Below are positions 33,918-45,357 of a DNA stretch of 64,000 nt, piece after piece. The first letter of the stretch is position 1; each line of letters opens with the position of its first letter. The stretch spans positions 1,595,183 to 1,659,182 of the forward strand of contig JADKIR010000004.1 of NCBI GenBank assembly GCA_016722655.1. Direction: 5' to 3'. Source of the stretch: Cytophagaceae bacterium. Lineage in GTDB: Bacteria; Bacteroidota; Bacteroidia; Cytophagales; Spirosomataceae. The position numbers were made by a program, and so were the translations under genes. The notes beneath the pieces were generated by a model that saw only the letters and a list, made by a program, of their open reading frames with translations, did no database searches and had not been told where the DNA came from.

Positions 33918-35375
33918 ATGAATAAAAGAACAAAAATTGTTGCTACGGTAGGGCCTGTATCAGAGAGTGAAGAAATGCTTTTGGAACTGGCAAAAGCCGG
34001 AGTAAATGTATTCAGGTTAAATTTTTCACACGGAACACACGTTGATCACAAAGAAAGAATTGATAAAATCAGAAAGATAAATGCCGAGCATGGCTTCAAC
34101 TGTGCCATTCTTCAGGATTTGCAGGGACCTAAGATCAGGGTTGGAGAAATGGAGGGCGGTAATGCCGGAGTAATGCTGGTGGCTGGTCAAAAATTTATTT
34201 TTACCAATCAGGATGTAGTCGGTAATGCAGAAAGAGCAAGTACTCCATATAAAGGAATGTACCGTGATGTTACCATCGGTGACAGAATTTTGATGGACGA
34301 CGGAAAACTCGAAGTTAAGGTTGTTGATATCGACAAAGAAAAACAGGAGGTAATCACTGAGATTATTTTTGGTGGATTGTTAAAACAAAAGAAAGGTGTT
34401 AATCTTCCCAATACTGCCATCTCACAGCCATCGGTTACTGAAAAAGACTGGAAAGACCTTGATTTTGGATTGGCCAATGACGTTGACTGGATTGCACTTT
34501 CATTTGTAAGAACAGCCGAGGAAATCATAGAAATTAAGAATTATATAAAATCAAAGGGATCGCAGGCAAAAGTAATCGCTAAAGTAGAAAAGCCCGAAGC
34601 TATCCAGAATATGGATGCAATCGTTGAAGCTACCGATGCCGTTATGGTAGCCCGGGGTGATCTTGGGGTTGAAATTCCATCAGAAGAAGTACCTATTATC
34701 CAGAAAAAACTGATACACGCCTGTCATCTGGCAGCTAAGCCTGTAATTGTGGCTACACAAATGCTAGAAAGTATGATAGAAAGCCCTACGCCTACAAGGG
34801 CTGAGGTAGGTGATGTAGCCAATGCAGTTTTGGATGGTGCCGATGCAGTAATGCTTAGTGCAGAGAGTGCTTCAGGCAAATATCCATTGCTTTCAGTCGA
34901 GACAATGGCCAAAACCATCATGTATGTTGAGGAAAATGGCGATCCGGCCAGGCTTTATGCCCGTCATCATACAAGAGTAAGTAAAGACTATTATGAGTCT
35001 GTAAACAAAGACAATGATAACGTAATCATGATGGGTTGTCGTCTGGCACGAGATCTTAATGTAAAAGCCATCATAGGGGTTACTTCATCGGGCTTTACAG
35101 CGTATCGGTTGTCTCACCACAGACCAAAAGCCAATATTTATATTTTTACAAATAATGAAAAACTACTTACCCAGCTCAGCCTTTTCTGGGGTGTGGTGGC
35201 ATTTAATGTAATTGCCCTGGAAGCAAAAAATGAATCTGAATTAATCGATAAAGCCAACAGGTTTTTAGTAGAAAAAGGGCTGATGCAAAAAGGGGACAAA
35301 TATATCAACACCCTTTCGGTGCCATTGATGAGAGATAATCGCACCAATACCGTGAGATTGAGTATTGTGGAATAA
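33918..35375 (+). CDS. pyk: pyruvate kinase
   Basis: 485 aa, with KIVATVGPVS...GVNVFRLNFSHG and MVARGDLGVEIP. Confidence 0.95.
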   Translation: MNKRTKIVATVGPVSESEEMLLELAKAGVNVFRLNFSHGTHVDHKERIDKIRKINAEHGFNCAILQDLQGPKIRVGEMEGGNAGVMLVAGQKFIFTNQDVVGNAERASTPYKGMYRDVTIGDRILMDDGKLEVKVVDIDKEKQEVITEIIFGGLLKQKKGVNLPNTAISQPSVTEKDWKDLDFGLANDVDWIALSFVRTAEEIIEIKNYIKSKGSQAKVIAKVEKPEAIQNMDAIVEATDAVMVARGDLGVEIPSEEVPIIQKKLIHACHLAAKPVIVATQMLESMIESPTPTRAEVGDVANAVLDGADAVMLSAESASGKYPLLSVETMAKTIMYVEENGDPARLYARHHTRVSKDYYESVNKDNDNVIMMGCRLARDLNVKAIIGVTSSGFTAYRLSHHRPKANIYIFTNNEKLLTQLSLFWGVVAFNVIALEAKNESELIDKANRFLVEKGLMQKGDKYINTLSVPLMRDNRTNTVRLSIVE

Positions 35376-35395
35376 GCATTAAACAAAATGAATTT

Positions 35396-35425
35396 CGCCC
35401 GGTTAATATTTTCCGGGCGTTTTTG
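35396..35425 (+). terminator. rho-independent terminator after pyk
   Basis: Stem cgcccgg (35396-35402) pairs with ccgggcg (35413-35419), followed by ttttt. Confidence 0.75.
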
Positions 35426-35539
35426 TTTTAACCCCTGGCTTGAAATCTTAATAGCAACAGTTTTTAACAATAATTTTTATACATAAATTTTTAATCCTTA
35501 TTTTTGCAGTCCAAAAATTATTAAGCCAATAAACAGACT

Positions 35540-36559
35540 ATGGCAGCGACAAAAAAGAAAGAAGCAGCGAAAGTAAAGTACTCAAAAGAGCAATACATGT
35601 ATTGGTATGAATCAATGCAGCTTCAACGCAAATTTGAAGAAAAGGCCGGTCAGCTTTATGGCCAGCAAAAAATCAGAGGTTTTTGCCATTTATATATTGG
35701 ACAGGAAGCCTGCTCTTCAGGTTCAGTTTCTGCACTTACCAAAGGCGATAAATATATCACAGCCTATCGTGACCACGGTCATCCCTTGGCTTTGGGTACC
35801 GACCCCAACAAAATTATGGCTGAGCTTTATGGTAAGGTCACAGGTACAACTAAGGGTAAAGGTGGCTCTATGCACATTTTCGACAAAGAAGTAGGTTTTA
35901 TAGGTGGACACGGTATCGTAGGTGCTCAAATACCAATGGGGGCCGGAATAGGGTTTGCTGAGAAATACCTCAACACAGGTAAAGTATGTATCTGTTATTT
36001 TGGTGATGGAGCCACTCGTCAGGGTGCTTTGCACGAGGCGTTCAATATGGCCATGACCTGGAAGATTCCTACAATTTTTGTAGTTGAAAACAATGGTTAC
36101 GCCATGGGTACTTCTGTAGAGCGTACTTCCAATGTACGTGAGCTTTATACCTTGGCCGAAGCTTACGATATGCCAGCTGAGCCTGTTGACGGCATGGACG
36201 TTGAAATTGTTCATGAAGCCGTTCAGAGAGCTGCTGAAAGAGCAAGAAAAGGAGAGGGTCCTACTTTTCTGGAGTTCAAAACTTATCGCTACAGAGGTCA
36301 TTCGATGTCAGACCCGCAAAAATACCGTACCAAAGAAGAGGTAGCTGAGTGGAAAATGAGAGATCCAATTGAGTTGATAAAAGACAGGATGTTGAAAAAC
36401 AAAATTGTAACTGTCGAAGAACTCGATGCCATTGATGTGAAAATCAAAGGTCAGGTTGATCAGGCGGTCAACTTTGCAGAAGAATCACCATGGCCAAAAC
36501 CCGAAGAGGCGTTTGAAGATATATATGTACAGTCTGATTACCCTTTCTTAAAAGAATAA
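35540..36559 (+). CDS. pdhA: pyruvate dehydrogenase (acetyl-transferring) E1 component alpha subunit
   Basis: 339 aa, with a RGFCHLYIGQEA and YRYRGHSMSDP TPP-enzyme pattern. Confidence 0.9.
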   Translation: MAATKKKEAAKVKYSKEQYMYWYESMQLQRKFEEKAGQLYGQQKIRGFCHLYIGQEACSSGSVSALTKGDKYITAYRDHGHPLALGTDPNKIMAELYGKVTGTTKGKGGSMHIFDKEVGFIGGHGIVGAQIPMGAGIGFAEKYLNTGKVCICYFGDGATRQGALHEAFNMAMTWKIPTIFVVENNGYAMGTSVERTSNVRELYTLAEAYDMPAEPVDGMDVEIVHEAVQRAAERARKGEGPTFLEFKTYRYRGHSMSDPQKYRTKEEVAEWKMRDPIELIKDRMLKNKIVTVEELDAIDVKIKGQVDQAVNFAEESPWPKPEEAFEDIYVQSDYPFLKE

Positions 36560-36688
36560 ATCATTGATTTTAAAGAATTAGATTTTGGATCGACAATCCC
36601 TGTTTTCAATTTTTTATTTATAAAAATTAATATTATCAGGAGGTTTTTCCTAAATTTGCACTCTTAAAATTTTTAGAACGCATACAAA

Positions 36689-37384
36689 ATGGCTAAAAAA
36701 GACAATCACGGCATCGAAATAATTGAAAATGCCGAAGAATTGAAAAAAGAATTTTTCAAATACGAACATCTTCTCGAAAAAAACCAAAAAACACTTTACA
36801 TCATTGGTGGAGTGATTTTAGCTATAGTTGCCGGTTATTTCGGATACAAATATTATTCAGAAACCAAAGAGAAAGACGCTCAGACAGCCTTGTACGATGC
36901 TGTGTTTTCCTTTGAGGCTGATTCATTATCAAAAGCTCTGAAAGGTCAGGGAGGTAACGAAGGTCTTTTGGCAGTGGCTGATGATTATTCTGGAACTAAA
37001 GCTGGTCAGCTGGCTGGGCTTTATGCAGGTATTGCTTTGATGAACCAAAGCAAATTTGCCGATGCAATTCCTCAGTTGGAAAAATTTTCGGCCGGTGATC
37101 AGGTTTTGCAAGCCAAAGCTTACAGCTTGATTGGTGATTGCTACATGGAAACAAAAAAAGTGGATGACGCCATAAAATACTATCAAAAAGCTGTTGACTA
37201 TCAGCCAAGTAAGTTTTCTACTCCCGGATATATGATGAAACTGGCCAATGCCTATGCTGAATCAAAAAATGCCAAGTCTGCTATTGAAGTTTATACTGAT
37301 TTAATCAATCAATTTCCAACAGTTACGGAAGCTTTATTGGCTAAGAAGTATAAATCGAGATTAGAAACCGAGATTGGCGAGTAA
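36689..37384 (+). CDS. tetratricopeptide-repeat membrane-anchored protein (YfgM-like)
   Basis: 231 aa with one TM helix (LYIIGGVILAIVAGYFGY) followed by TPR-like helices. Confidence 0.65.
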   Translation: MAKKDNHGIEIIENAEELKKEFFKYEHLLEKNQKTLYIIGGVILAIVAGYFGYKYYSETKEKDAQTALYDAVFSFEADSLSKALKGQGGNEGLLAVADDYSGTKAGQLAGLYAGIALMNQSKFADAIPQLEKFSAGDQVLQAKAYSLIGDCYMETKKVDDAIKYYQKAVDYQPSKFSTPGYMMKLANAYAESKNAKSAIEVYTDLINQFPTVTEALLAKKYKSRLETEIGE

Positions 37385-37412
37385 CCGCGATTAAGAAAAA
37401 ATTAAATAATCA

Positions 37413-37443
37413 AGGATAAGCCAGTCTGGTTTATCCTTTTTTT
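37413..37443 (+). terminator. rho-independent terminator
   Basis: Stem aaggataa pairs with ttatcctt (37431-37438), followed by a T-run. Confidence 0.65.
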
Positions 37444-37466
37444 ATGTAAAAAAATCAAAAATTTCA

Positions 37467-37946
37467 ATGGCATCAGTTCATAAAAACCTAAGTATTTTTA
37501 AAGATGACAACCTTCCGGATATTAGCTGGAAAAAGTTTGTTGTATTAGTTGCCGAATGGAATGACGACATCACAGAGCCCTTGGCACAGGGTGCAGTCGA
37601 CACATTATTAAAATATGGGGCAAAAGAAACTCATATTAAAAAAGTGTACGTGCCCGGTACTTATGAGTTGAGTTTTGGTGCACAGGTTTTTGCACAAAAA
37701 GAAGATGTGGATGCGGTTATAGCTATTGGTTGTGTGATACAAGGCGAAACCAAACACAACGACTACATCAATCACGCTGTGGCCAATGGTCTTACCGAAG
37801 TATCATTAAAATACAACAAGCCTGTGGTTTTTGGAGTGCTCACGCCCAATACCCACCAGCAAGCAGTGGATAGAGCAGGTGGTAAACATGGAAACAAAGG
37901 CGATGAAGCAGCAATAACAGCTATTAAAATGTTGGGAATAAGTTGA
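37467..37946 (+). CDS. ribH: 6,7-dimethyl-8-ribityllumazine synthase
   Basis: 159 aa with VPGTYELSFGAQ, GCVIQGETKHNDYI and a typical RibH core. Confidence 0.9.
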   Translation: MASVHKNLSIFKDDNLPDISWKKFVVLVAEWNDDITEPLAQGAVDTLLKYGAKETHIKKVYVPGTYELSFGAQVFAQKEDVDAVIAIGCVIQGETKHNDYINHAVANGLTEVSLKYNKPVVFGVLTPNTHQQAVDRAGGKHGNKGDEAAITAIKMLGIS

Positions 37947-38087
37947 TTTATGATGGATTCGATTTACGATTGATTTGATTTACGATTTTTCTAAATAGTA
38001 TTGTTTAAAAAAAATCAGGATTGAACAAATCAAAATCGTAATTTTTGATAAAACCTTTTTAGAAATAAAAAAATATAACATATAAAA

Positions 38088-39416
38088 ATGCAAGTTTGGA
38101 AATTTGGGGGTACATCAGTAGGGAAACCCGAAAGAATGCAGTCGATCCGTAACCTTGTAACGGAAGATAAAGGACAAAAAATAGTAGTACTATCAGCTCT
38201 TTCGGGCACTACCAATAGCCTGATAGAAATTGGAGAGGCTGTAAAATCAAAAAGTGGAAAAGCCACGGAGATCATTATTTCTCTAAGAGCCCATTACGAC
38301 AAATTTATTACTGAATTGTACAGTACGCCTGATGGTTTGGCCAAAGGGAAAGCGATTGTGGAAAAAGAGTTTTCTTTTATTGTGTCTCTTAGCCAGGTGG
38401 CTGACTTTGGACTGAAACAAGATAAGGAATTGGTAGCTCAGGGCGAAATTCTTTCTACCCAAATGTTTTCAGCCTATCTTGAAGAACGTGGCGATAGCGT
38501 GGTTTTGATTCCTGCCCTCGATTACATGAGAATTGATGCTGATGGTGAACCAGAATTTGCTTTGATAGAAAAATTATTAGCAGATAAACTGAGTACTTGT
38601 TCAGAAAAGCAAATAATTATAACCCAAGGCTTCATTTGCCGAAACCCTGCCGGAGAGGTTGATAACCTCAAAAGAGGTGGTTCTGACTATACCGCTTCAC
38701 TGATTGGAGGTGCCGTTGTGGCAGAAGAAATCCAGATATGGACCGATATTGATGGCATGCATAACAATGATCCGCGGATTGTTAAACGTACTTTCCCGGT
38801 GAGAGAGTTGAGTTTTGAAGAAGCAGCCGAATTGGCTTATTTTGGTGCAAAAATACTTCATCCATCCACCATCACACCAGCTAAAATGAAAGGCGTGCCC
38901 GTAAGGCTTAAAAACACTATGGAACCATCAGCCCCCGGTACATTAATTACCGCAAACAATACCGTAGAGGCTGATATTAAGGCGATTGCAGCCAAAGATA
39001 ACATCACGGCAATTTATGTACATTCTACCCGTATGCTCAATGCCTATGGGTTTTTAAGAAGAGTTTTTGAGATTTTTGAAAAATACAAAACTCCGGTTGA
39101 CATGATTACCACTTCTGAAGTATCGGTGGCTGTTACCATTGACAATTCAGATAATCTGGATAAAATCACTGCTGAGTTGAGCCAATTTGCTGACCTCGAA
39201 GAGCATGACCGCAATCAAAGTATCATTTGTATTGTAGGAGATTTCAAAGCCGATAAGTCGGGTATTGCCATCAAAATTCTGGAAGCTATGAAAGAAATTC
39301 CGATCAGGATGATTTCTTATGGTGCTTCTGAGCATAATGTGTCGCTTTTGGTTGATTCCAAAGACAAAAATGCCTCACTTAATGCCTTGAACGAAGGACT
39401 TTTTACTTTTGAATAA
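38088..39416 (+). CDS. lysC: aspartate kinase
   Basis: 442 aa, starting MQVWKFGGTSVG, with ITQGFI...GGSDYTA and C-terminal ACT domains. Confidence 0.85.
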   Translation: MQVWKFGGTSVGKPERMQSIRNLVTEDKGQKIVVLSALSGTTNSLIEIGEAVKSKSGKATEIIISLRAHYDKFITELYSTPDGLAKGKAIVEKEFSFIVSLSQVADFGLKQDKELVAQGEILSTQMFSAYLEERGDSVVLIPALDYMRIDADGEPEFALIEKLLADKLSTCSEKQIIITQGFICRNPAGEVDNLKRGGSDYTASLIGGAVVAEEIQIWTDIDGMHNNDPRIVKRTFPVRELSFEEAAELAYFGAKILHPSTITPAKMKGVPVRLKNTMEPSAPGTLITANNTVEADIKAIAAKDNITAIYVHSTRMLNAYGFLRRVFEIFEKYKTPVDMITTSEVSVAVTIDNSDNLDKITAELSQFADLEEHDRNQSIICIVGDFKADKSGIAIKILEAMKEIPIRMISYGASEHNVSLLVDSKDKNASLNALNEGLFTFE

Positions 39417-39419
39417 AAT

Positions 39420-39866
39420 ATGCTTGATTCATTAGAAAGCCTTTTTGTTCGCGATTTAGAGAAAGTATCACAGGAAATTGAAGCCTATGATTCAGAAGAA
39501 TTGCTTTGGAAAAGAGTTGAAGGAATCAGTAATCCTGCCGGAAATTTGGCCTTACATTTGATTGGTAACTTAAATACCTACATGGGTAAAAATTTGGGAA
39601 ATACCGGATATGTCAGAAACAGGCCAGCGGAGTTTTCAGATATCAGTTCCAAAGAACAAATTCTGAATGGATTAAAAGAGACTTTAAATATGATTAGAGC
39701 CACTTTTGCAACCTTATCAGATTCGGGATTAAATCTGGAATATCCAACCCAGGACTTGGGTTATCCGATGACAACCGGTTATTTTTTGGTACATTTGCAT
39801 GGGCATCTTAATTATCATTTAGGACAAATAAATTATCACAGAAGGCTGATTAAAAATATAAAATAA
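39420..39866 (+). CDS. DinB family protein (DUF1572-like)
   Basis: 148 aa with a four-helix DinB pattern and conserved His residues (ALHLIGNLN..., HLHGHLNYHLGQI). Confidence 0.65.
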   Translation: MLDSLESLFVRDLEKVSQEIEAYDSEELLWKRVEGISNPAGNLALHLIGNLNTYMGKNLGNTGYVRNRPAEFSDISSKEQILNGLKETLNMIRATFATLSDSGLNLEYPTQDLGYPMTTGYFLVHLHGHLNYHLGQINYHRRLIKNIK

Positions 39867-41137
39867 TGCTTCAATTAACATTTATAAGAGAAAACAAGGA
39901 GCTGACTATCAAGGGTCTGGAGAGAAAATATTTCAAAAATGCTGCTGAGGTTGTTGATTCAGTAATCGAAATCGATGACAACCGCCGCAATACTCAGAAA
40001 GAGTTGGACGACGCTTTGGCAAAAGGAAATCAGCTGGCCAAACAAATCGGTGGGCTGATGAAAGAAGGCAAAAAAGAAGAAGCAGAAAAAGCGAAGTCAC
40101 AAACTGCCGAGCTAAAAGAAAAATCAAAAGCTCTGGAAGAAAAGCTAAAAGAGCTCGAAAATAGCTTGCAGGAGATTATGGTGACCATTCCGAATCTTCC
40201 ACATGAGTCAGTACCCGAAGGACGTACCCCCGAAGAAAATCTAAATATTTTTGAAGCAGGAACAATTCCATCTTTGCATGCCAACGCCCAGCCCCATTGG
40301 GAATTGATCAAAAAGTACGATATCATCGATTTCGAATTAGGAAATAAAGTGTCGGGTGCCGGATTTCCTTTTTATAAAGGTAAAGGAGCTAAAATTCAGC
40401 GTGCCTTAATCAACTTTTTTCTAAACGAAGCCGAAGCTGCCGGATATTTCGAAGTACAGCCACCAATTGTAATCAATGCGGCTTCGGGTTTTGGTACAGG
40501 TCAGTTGCCCGACAAAGAAGGTCAGATGTATTATGCTGCAGCCGATGATTTGTATTTGATTCCAACCGCCGAGGTGCCCGTTACCAATATTTATCGCGAT
40601 GTAATCCTATCTGATGCCGAATTGCCTGCCAAAAATGTGGCATACACGCCATGTTTCAGACGCGAAGCCGGCAGTTGGGGTGCTCATGTACGTGGTTTAA
40701 ACCGCCTGCATCAATTTGATAAAGTCGAAATCGTGCAAATCAGGAAACCGGAAGAATCCTATCAGGCTTTGGAAGAAATGCTGGAACATGTAAAAGGACT
40801 TTTGCAAAAACTTAATTTACCTTTCAGAATTCTTCGGCTTTGTGGAGGCGATATGAGTTTTACTTCTGCCTTAACATTTGATTTTGAAGTATTTTCCGCA
40901 GCTCAGGAAAGATGGCTAGAGGTGAGCTCAGTATCTAATTTTGAATCTTATCAGGCCAATCGCCTGAAATTGAGATATAAAATAGATGGTAAAACCCGCT
41001 TGCTTCATACCTTGAATGGTTCAGCTTTGGCCTTGCCACGAATCCTTGCTGCGATTCTGGAAAACAACCAGACTCCAGAGGGAATTAAAGTACCAGATGT
41101 ACTCGTTCCATTCTGCGGATTTGATATAATTAATTGA
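39866..41137 (+). CDS. serS: serine--tRNA ligase
   Basis: 423 aa with an N-terminal coiled-coil arm and class II motifs (FRREAGS, TLNGSALA). Confidence 0.95.
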   Translation: MLQLTFIRENKELTIKGLERKYFKNAAEVVDSVIEIDDNRRNTQKELDDALAKGNQLAKQIGGLMKEGKKEEAEKAKSQTAELKEKSKALEEKLKELENSLQEIMVTIPNLPHESVPEGRTPEENLNIFEAGTIPSLHANAQPHWELIKKYDIIDFELGNKVSGAGFPFYKGKGAKIQRALINFFLNEAEAAGYFEVQPPIVINAASGFGTGQLPDKEGQMYYAAADDLYLIPTAEVPVTNIYRDVILSDAELPAKNVAYTPCFRREAGSWGAHVRGLNRLHQFDKVEIVQIRKPEESYQALEEMLEHVKGLLQKLNLPFRILRLCGGDMSFTSALTFDFEVFSAAQERWLEVSSVSNFESYQANRLKLRYKIDGKTRLLHTLNGSALALPRILAAILENNQTPEGIKVPDVLVPFCGFDIIN

Positions 41138-41147
41138 GATTTACAAA

Positions 41148-41173
41148 GGGCCGGTTCTTCCGGTCTTTTTTTT
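41148..41173 (+). terminator. rho-independent terminator after serS
   Basis: ggccgg-ttctt-ccggtc followed by tttttttt. Confidence 0.65.
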
Positions 41174-41428
41174 GTTTCAAGAAAAATAGAACAAATTTTT
41201 CTCTATAAAGTTTTATAAAAAATGATAAATGAAAAACATTATTTTTTTAATATTTAATCAAACCTCAGGCAGATGAAAGTGGTATTTTTTTGTCTATATT
41301 TAGTAAAAAATATATAGAAAATCATTATTTATTTTGATTCTAAAGTGTTTCTGAATTAGATTTGAGTATTGAAAACAAATTGGATTTTTCTAAGTAAAAA
41401 GAAAACAAATTAATCTAAAAATAACAAT

Positions 41429-42208
41429 ATGGGTTGGCTTACAAAAACACTGACAAGCTCAATTGGGAAAAAAGTCCTTATGGCACTTACCGGCTTGTTT
41501 TTGTGTACTTTTTTGGTAGTGCATTTTATCGGTAACATGCAGCTATTCAAGTCTGACGGCGGCTATGCTTTTAACACTTATGCGGTTTTCATGACCACAT
41601 TTCCTGTAATTAAAGTAGTTTCCTACGTTAACTATGCTTTGATTTTATTCCACGCTTTTTGGGGGATTTACATCACTTATAAAAACCGTCAGGCAAGACC
41701 AGTTGCTTATGCTGTCAACAAAAATTCTTCAAGTATTTTTAGTCGCAGTATGGCAATATTAGGCTTGATTCTATTGGTCTATCTGGTAGTTCATATGAGC
41801 GATTTCTGGTACAGATATCACTACGAGCATTTGCCATATGTGAAATACACTGAAAATATCAGTACTGGTGAAATTTCCACAACTGCAATGGATGAAGGTT
41901 ATACACAATTAGTAAAAAAACTTGAAATTGCTGATGCAGTATCAGGAACAAAAATCATTATCGTAAAAGATCTTTACAAAGTGGTAGGTTTTGCATTCCA
42001 GAATATCCTTTTGGTACTGTTTTATGTACTTTCAATGTTTGCGGTTTCATTCCACCTAATTCATGGATTCCAGAGTGCATTTCAGACTCTGGGTATCAAT
42101 CACCCCAAATATTCACCCTTTATTAAGAATTTGGGTATATGGATATTTGCCATATTGATTCCGATTGGATACGCGGCTATGCCACTTTATTTTTATTTTC
42201 TAAAGTAA
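41429..42208 (+). CDS. sdhC: succinate dehydrogenase/fumarate reductase cytochrome b subunit (b558 family)
   Basis: 259 aa with five TM helices, positioned directly upstream of sdhA/sdhB. Confidence 0.85.
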   Translation: MGWLTKTLTSSIGKKVLMALTGLFLCTFLVVHFIGNMQLFKSDGGYAFNTYAVFMTTFPVIKVVSYVNYALILFHAFWGIYITYKNRQARPVAYAVNKNSSSIFSRSMAILGLILLVYLVVHMSDFWYRYHYEHLPYVKYTENISTGEISTTAMDEGYTQLVKKLEIADAVSGTKIIIVKDLYKVVGFAFQNILLVLFYVLSMFAVSFHLIHGFQSAFQTLGINHPKYSPFIKNLGIWIFAILIPIGYAAMPLYFYFLK

Positions 42209-42229
42209 TTTCAGCTTAATTAATATACA

Positions 42230-44218
42230 ATGGCTACAATTAAACTTGACGCTAAGGTTCCTGAGGGTCCGATAGCTGAAAAATGGACAAAATATAGATC
42301 GACTGTTCCGCTGGTTAACCCGGCTAATAAACGTAACCTCGAAATAATCGTTGTAGGTACTGGCCTTGCAGGAGCTTCTGCGGCTGCAGCCCTGGCCGAA
42401 ATGGGGTACAAAGTTAAGGCATTCTGTTTTCAGGACTCTCCTCGCCGTGCACACTCTATTGCTGCTCAGGGAGGTATCAACGCTGCAAAAAACTATCAGA
42501 ATGATGGCGACTCAACATTCCGACTTTTTTATGATACTATCAAAGGAGGCGACTACCGTGCCCGTGAGGCCAATGTGCACCGTCTGGCTGAGGTATCAGG
42601 TAATATCATAGATCAATGTGTGGCTCAGGGCGTACCTTTTGCACGTGATTACGGCGGTATGCTACGTAACCGCTCTTTTGGTGGAACCCAGGTTCAGCGG
42701 ACTTTTTATGCAGCCGGTCAAACCGGTCAACAGTTGCTTCTTGGTGCTTACTCGGCACTTGAAAGACAAGTGGGAATAGGTGCCGTACAGATGTACTCAC
42801 GCCATGAAATGCTTGAAGTGGTAAAAATCGATGGCAAAGCCAGAGGTATCATAGCCAGAAACCTTGTTACAGGTGAGCTTGAGCGTCATTTTGGGCATGC
42901 AGTATTGCTTTGTACCGGTGGATACGGAAACGTATTTTACCTTTCGACCAATGCAATGGGTTCAAACACCACTGCCATTTGGAAAGCCCACAAACAAGGT
43001 GCAGTTTTTGGTAACCCATGTTTTACTCAGATTCACCCTACTTGTATTCCGGTTTCAGGTGACCACCAATCAAAACTAACTTTGATGTCAGAGTCATTGA
43101 GAAATGATGGTCGTATTTGGGTTCCAAAAAATAAAGATGAAAAACGTGCTGCCAACGATATCCCTGAGGAAGACAGAGATTATTACCTGGAACGTCGTTA
43201 TCCTGCATTTGGAAACCTGGTACCTAGAGACATTGCGTCAAGGGCTGCCAAAGAAAGATGTGATGCAGGGTATGGTGTTGGGGTAACTAAGATGGCGGTA
43301 TATCTTGACTTTAAGCATAATCTTGTCAATAAATATGGAAAAGCCGAGGCCAACAAACTGGGAATAGAAAATCCGGATTATGACACTTTGGTAAAATTGG
43401 GTAAAGAAGTAGTAAAAGAAGAGTACGGAAACTTGTTTGACATGTACAAACAGATCACCGGTGAAGATCCTTACGAAGTGCCAATGATGATATACCCTGC
43501 GGTGCATTACACTATGGGTGGGCTTTGGGTCGATTATAATTTAATGACTACCGTGCCTGGTTTGTATTGTTTGGGTGAAGCCAATTTCTCTGACCATGGA
43601 GCCAACCGATTAGGTGCATCAGCTTTAATGCAGGGGCTTTCTGATGGGTATTTCGTAATACCTTATACTATAGGTGCTTATCTTTCTTCTGACATCAAAA
43701 CTAAAGCAATATCTACTGACCATGAAGCTTTTGTTGAAACAGAAAAACATGTAAAAGAAAGAATTGATACTTTGTTATCGATAAAAGGTAAACAATCGCC
43801 CGAATCATTCCACAAACGTTTGGGTAAAATCATGTGGGAAAAATGTGGTATGGCCCGTAACGAAAAAGGCTTAACTGAAGCGATTCAGGAAATCAGGGAG
43901 TTAAGAAAAGAATTCTGGTCTGACCTTAAAGTGGTGGGCGATGGTGACGGATTTAATCCTGAACTTGATAAAGCCGGTAGGGTAGCCGACTTCCTTGAAT
44001 TGGGCGAACTGATGTGTATTGATGCTCTCGATCGTAAAGAATCTTGTGGAGGGCATTTCCGTGAGGAATATCAGGAAGATGGTGGAGAAGCTTTGCGTGA
44101 CGATGAGAACTTTATGTATGTGTCGGCATGGGAATATAATAAAGAGAGCGATTGGTCGCTCATAAAAGAAGATTTGATTTACGAAAATATCAAGATTGCT
44201 CAGCGTAATTATAAATAA
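42230..44218 (+). CDS. sdhA: succinate dehydrogenase/fumarate reductase flavoprotein subunit
   Basis: 662 aa with [17 protein letters not shown] and [14 protein letters not shown] (FAD attachment His). Confidence 0.95.
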   Translation: MATIKLDAKVPEGPIAEKWTKYRSTVPLVNPANKRNLEIIVVGTGLAGASAAAALAEMGYKVKAFCFQDSPRRAHSIAAQGGINAAKNYQNDGDSTFRLFYDTIKGGDYRAREANVHRLAEVSGNIIDQCVAQGVPFARDYGGMLRNRSFGGTQVQRTFYAAGQTGQQLLLGAYSALERQVGIGAVQMYSRHEMLEVVKIDGKARGIIARNLVTGELERHFGHAVLLCTGGYGNVFYLSTNAMGSNTTAIWKAHKQGAVFGNPCFTQIHPTCIPVSGDHQSKLTLMSESLRNDGRIWVPKNKDEKRAANDIPEEDRDYYLERRYPAFGNLVPRDIASRAAKERCDAGYGVGVTKMAVYLDFKHNLVNKYGKAEANKLGIENPDYDTLVKLGKEVVKEEYGNLFDMYKQITGEDPYEVPMMIYPAVHYTMGGLWVDYNLMTTVPGLYCLGEANFSDHGANRLGASALMQGLSDGYFVIPYTIGAYLSSDIKTKAISTDHEAFVETEKHVKERIDTLLSIKGKQSPESFHKRLGKIMWEKCGMARNEKGLTEAIQEIRELRKEFWSDLKVVGDGDGFNPELDKAGRVADFLELGELMCIDALDRKESCGGHFREEYQEDGGEALRDDENFMYVSAWEYNKESDWSLIKEDLIYENIKIAQRNYK

Positions 44219-44331
44219 TTGCTGACACCCATAATTTTGTATATCATATCAAATAAAAATCCCAGAAATGGGTAAAATAAAAAACTCAATCAATAAGACC
44301 AGCAAAGGTCAATAGAGAAAATTTCAATATC

Positions 44332-45084
44332 ATGAATATTACGTTGAAAGTATGGCGTCAAAAAAACCAAAACGCCAAAGGAGCATTGGAAACTTATAAA
44401 GTAAGTGATGTTTCGCCTGACATGTCTTTTCTGGAGATGTTTGACGTATTAAACGAAAGATTAGTTACGGAAGACATCGAGCCCATAGCCTTTGACCACG
44501 ACTGCCGTGAAGGTATTTGTGGTACGTGTTCTATGTACATCGACGGCCGCCCTCATGGTCCTTTGGAAGGCGTTACCACTTGTCAGCTTCACATGCGTAG
44601 CTTTAAAGATGGCGATACTATAGTTGTCGAACCATGGAGAGCTTTGGCTTTTCCGGTACTCAAAGACTTGGTGGTTGACCGTACAGCATTTGATCGTATC
44701 ATTGCCTCAGGTGGTTTTGTTTCGGTAAATACAGGAAACGCTCAGGACGCCAACAATCTTCCGATAGGTAAAGATCTGGCCGACAAATCATTTGCCGCTG
44801 CCGCCTGTATCGGATGTGGTGCATGTGTTGCAGCCTGTAAAAATGCCTCAGCTATGCTTTTTGTGTCGGCAAAAGTTTCTCAGCTGGCACTATTGCCTCA
44901 GGGTGAGCCTGAACGTGAAAAAAGAGCATTGAACATGGTAGCACAGATGGATGCTGAAGGATTTGGTGCCTGTACCAATACCGGAGCTTGTGCCGCTGAA
45001 TGTCCTAAAGAAATATCACTTGACAACATCGCCAGACTAAACCGCGAGTTTTTGAGTGCCAGTGTGGCTAATCCTGAAGTTTGA
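44332..45084 (+). CDS. sdhB: succinate dehydrogenase/fumarate reductase iron-sulfur subunit
   Basis: 250 aa with the Cys clusters [20 protein letters not shown] and [12 protein letters not shown]. Confidence 0.95.
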   Translation: MNITLKVWRQKNQNAKGALETYKVSDVSPDMSFLEMFDVLNERLVTEDIEPIAFDHDCREGICGTCSMYIDGRPHGPLEGVTTCQLHMRSFKDGDTIVVEPWRALAFPVLKDLVVDRTAFDRIIASGGFVSVNTGNAQDANNLPIGKDLADKSFAAAACIGCGACVAACKNASAMLFVSAKVSQLALLPQGEPEREKRALNMVAQMDAEGFGACTNTGACAAECPKEISLDNIARLNREFLSASVANPEV

Positions 45085-45175
45085 TTGACCACTAAATAAA
45101 AAAATATTCCTAAGTCTTGACTTGACAAATATTCAATTTATATTTGTATCAAAGTTGTGTGGATTTAGTAACGGG

Positions 45176-45210
45176 ACACACACGTCGGTTTCCGATGTGT
45201 GTGTTTTTTT
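45176..45210 (+). terminator. strong rho-independent terminator of the sdh operon
   Basis: 13-bp stem acacacacgtcgg (45176-45188) pairs with ccgatgtgtgtgt (45192-45204), followed by a T7 run. Confidence 0.85.
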
Positions 45211-45357
45211 ATGGCTAAAATCTAATAAATAGCATCAGAGGATTGATTTTATCCAATATTGCTTTCAGTATCTGAATTTTATAACGATTTTTGTGTTTTA
45301 TATTAAAAACAAGCTAAAACAGACGGTAATCGGGTAGATTATCATTAATTTATATAT

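Noticed and set aside
37947-38087. Possible lysine riboswitch or other leader upstream of aspartate kinase. The region has gatttacgatt x2 and a partial inverted copy.
   Set aside because: The spacer is only about 140 nt and very AT-rich. None of the conserved L-box helices or junction motifs are visible. The repeats are short and imperfect.
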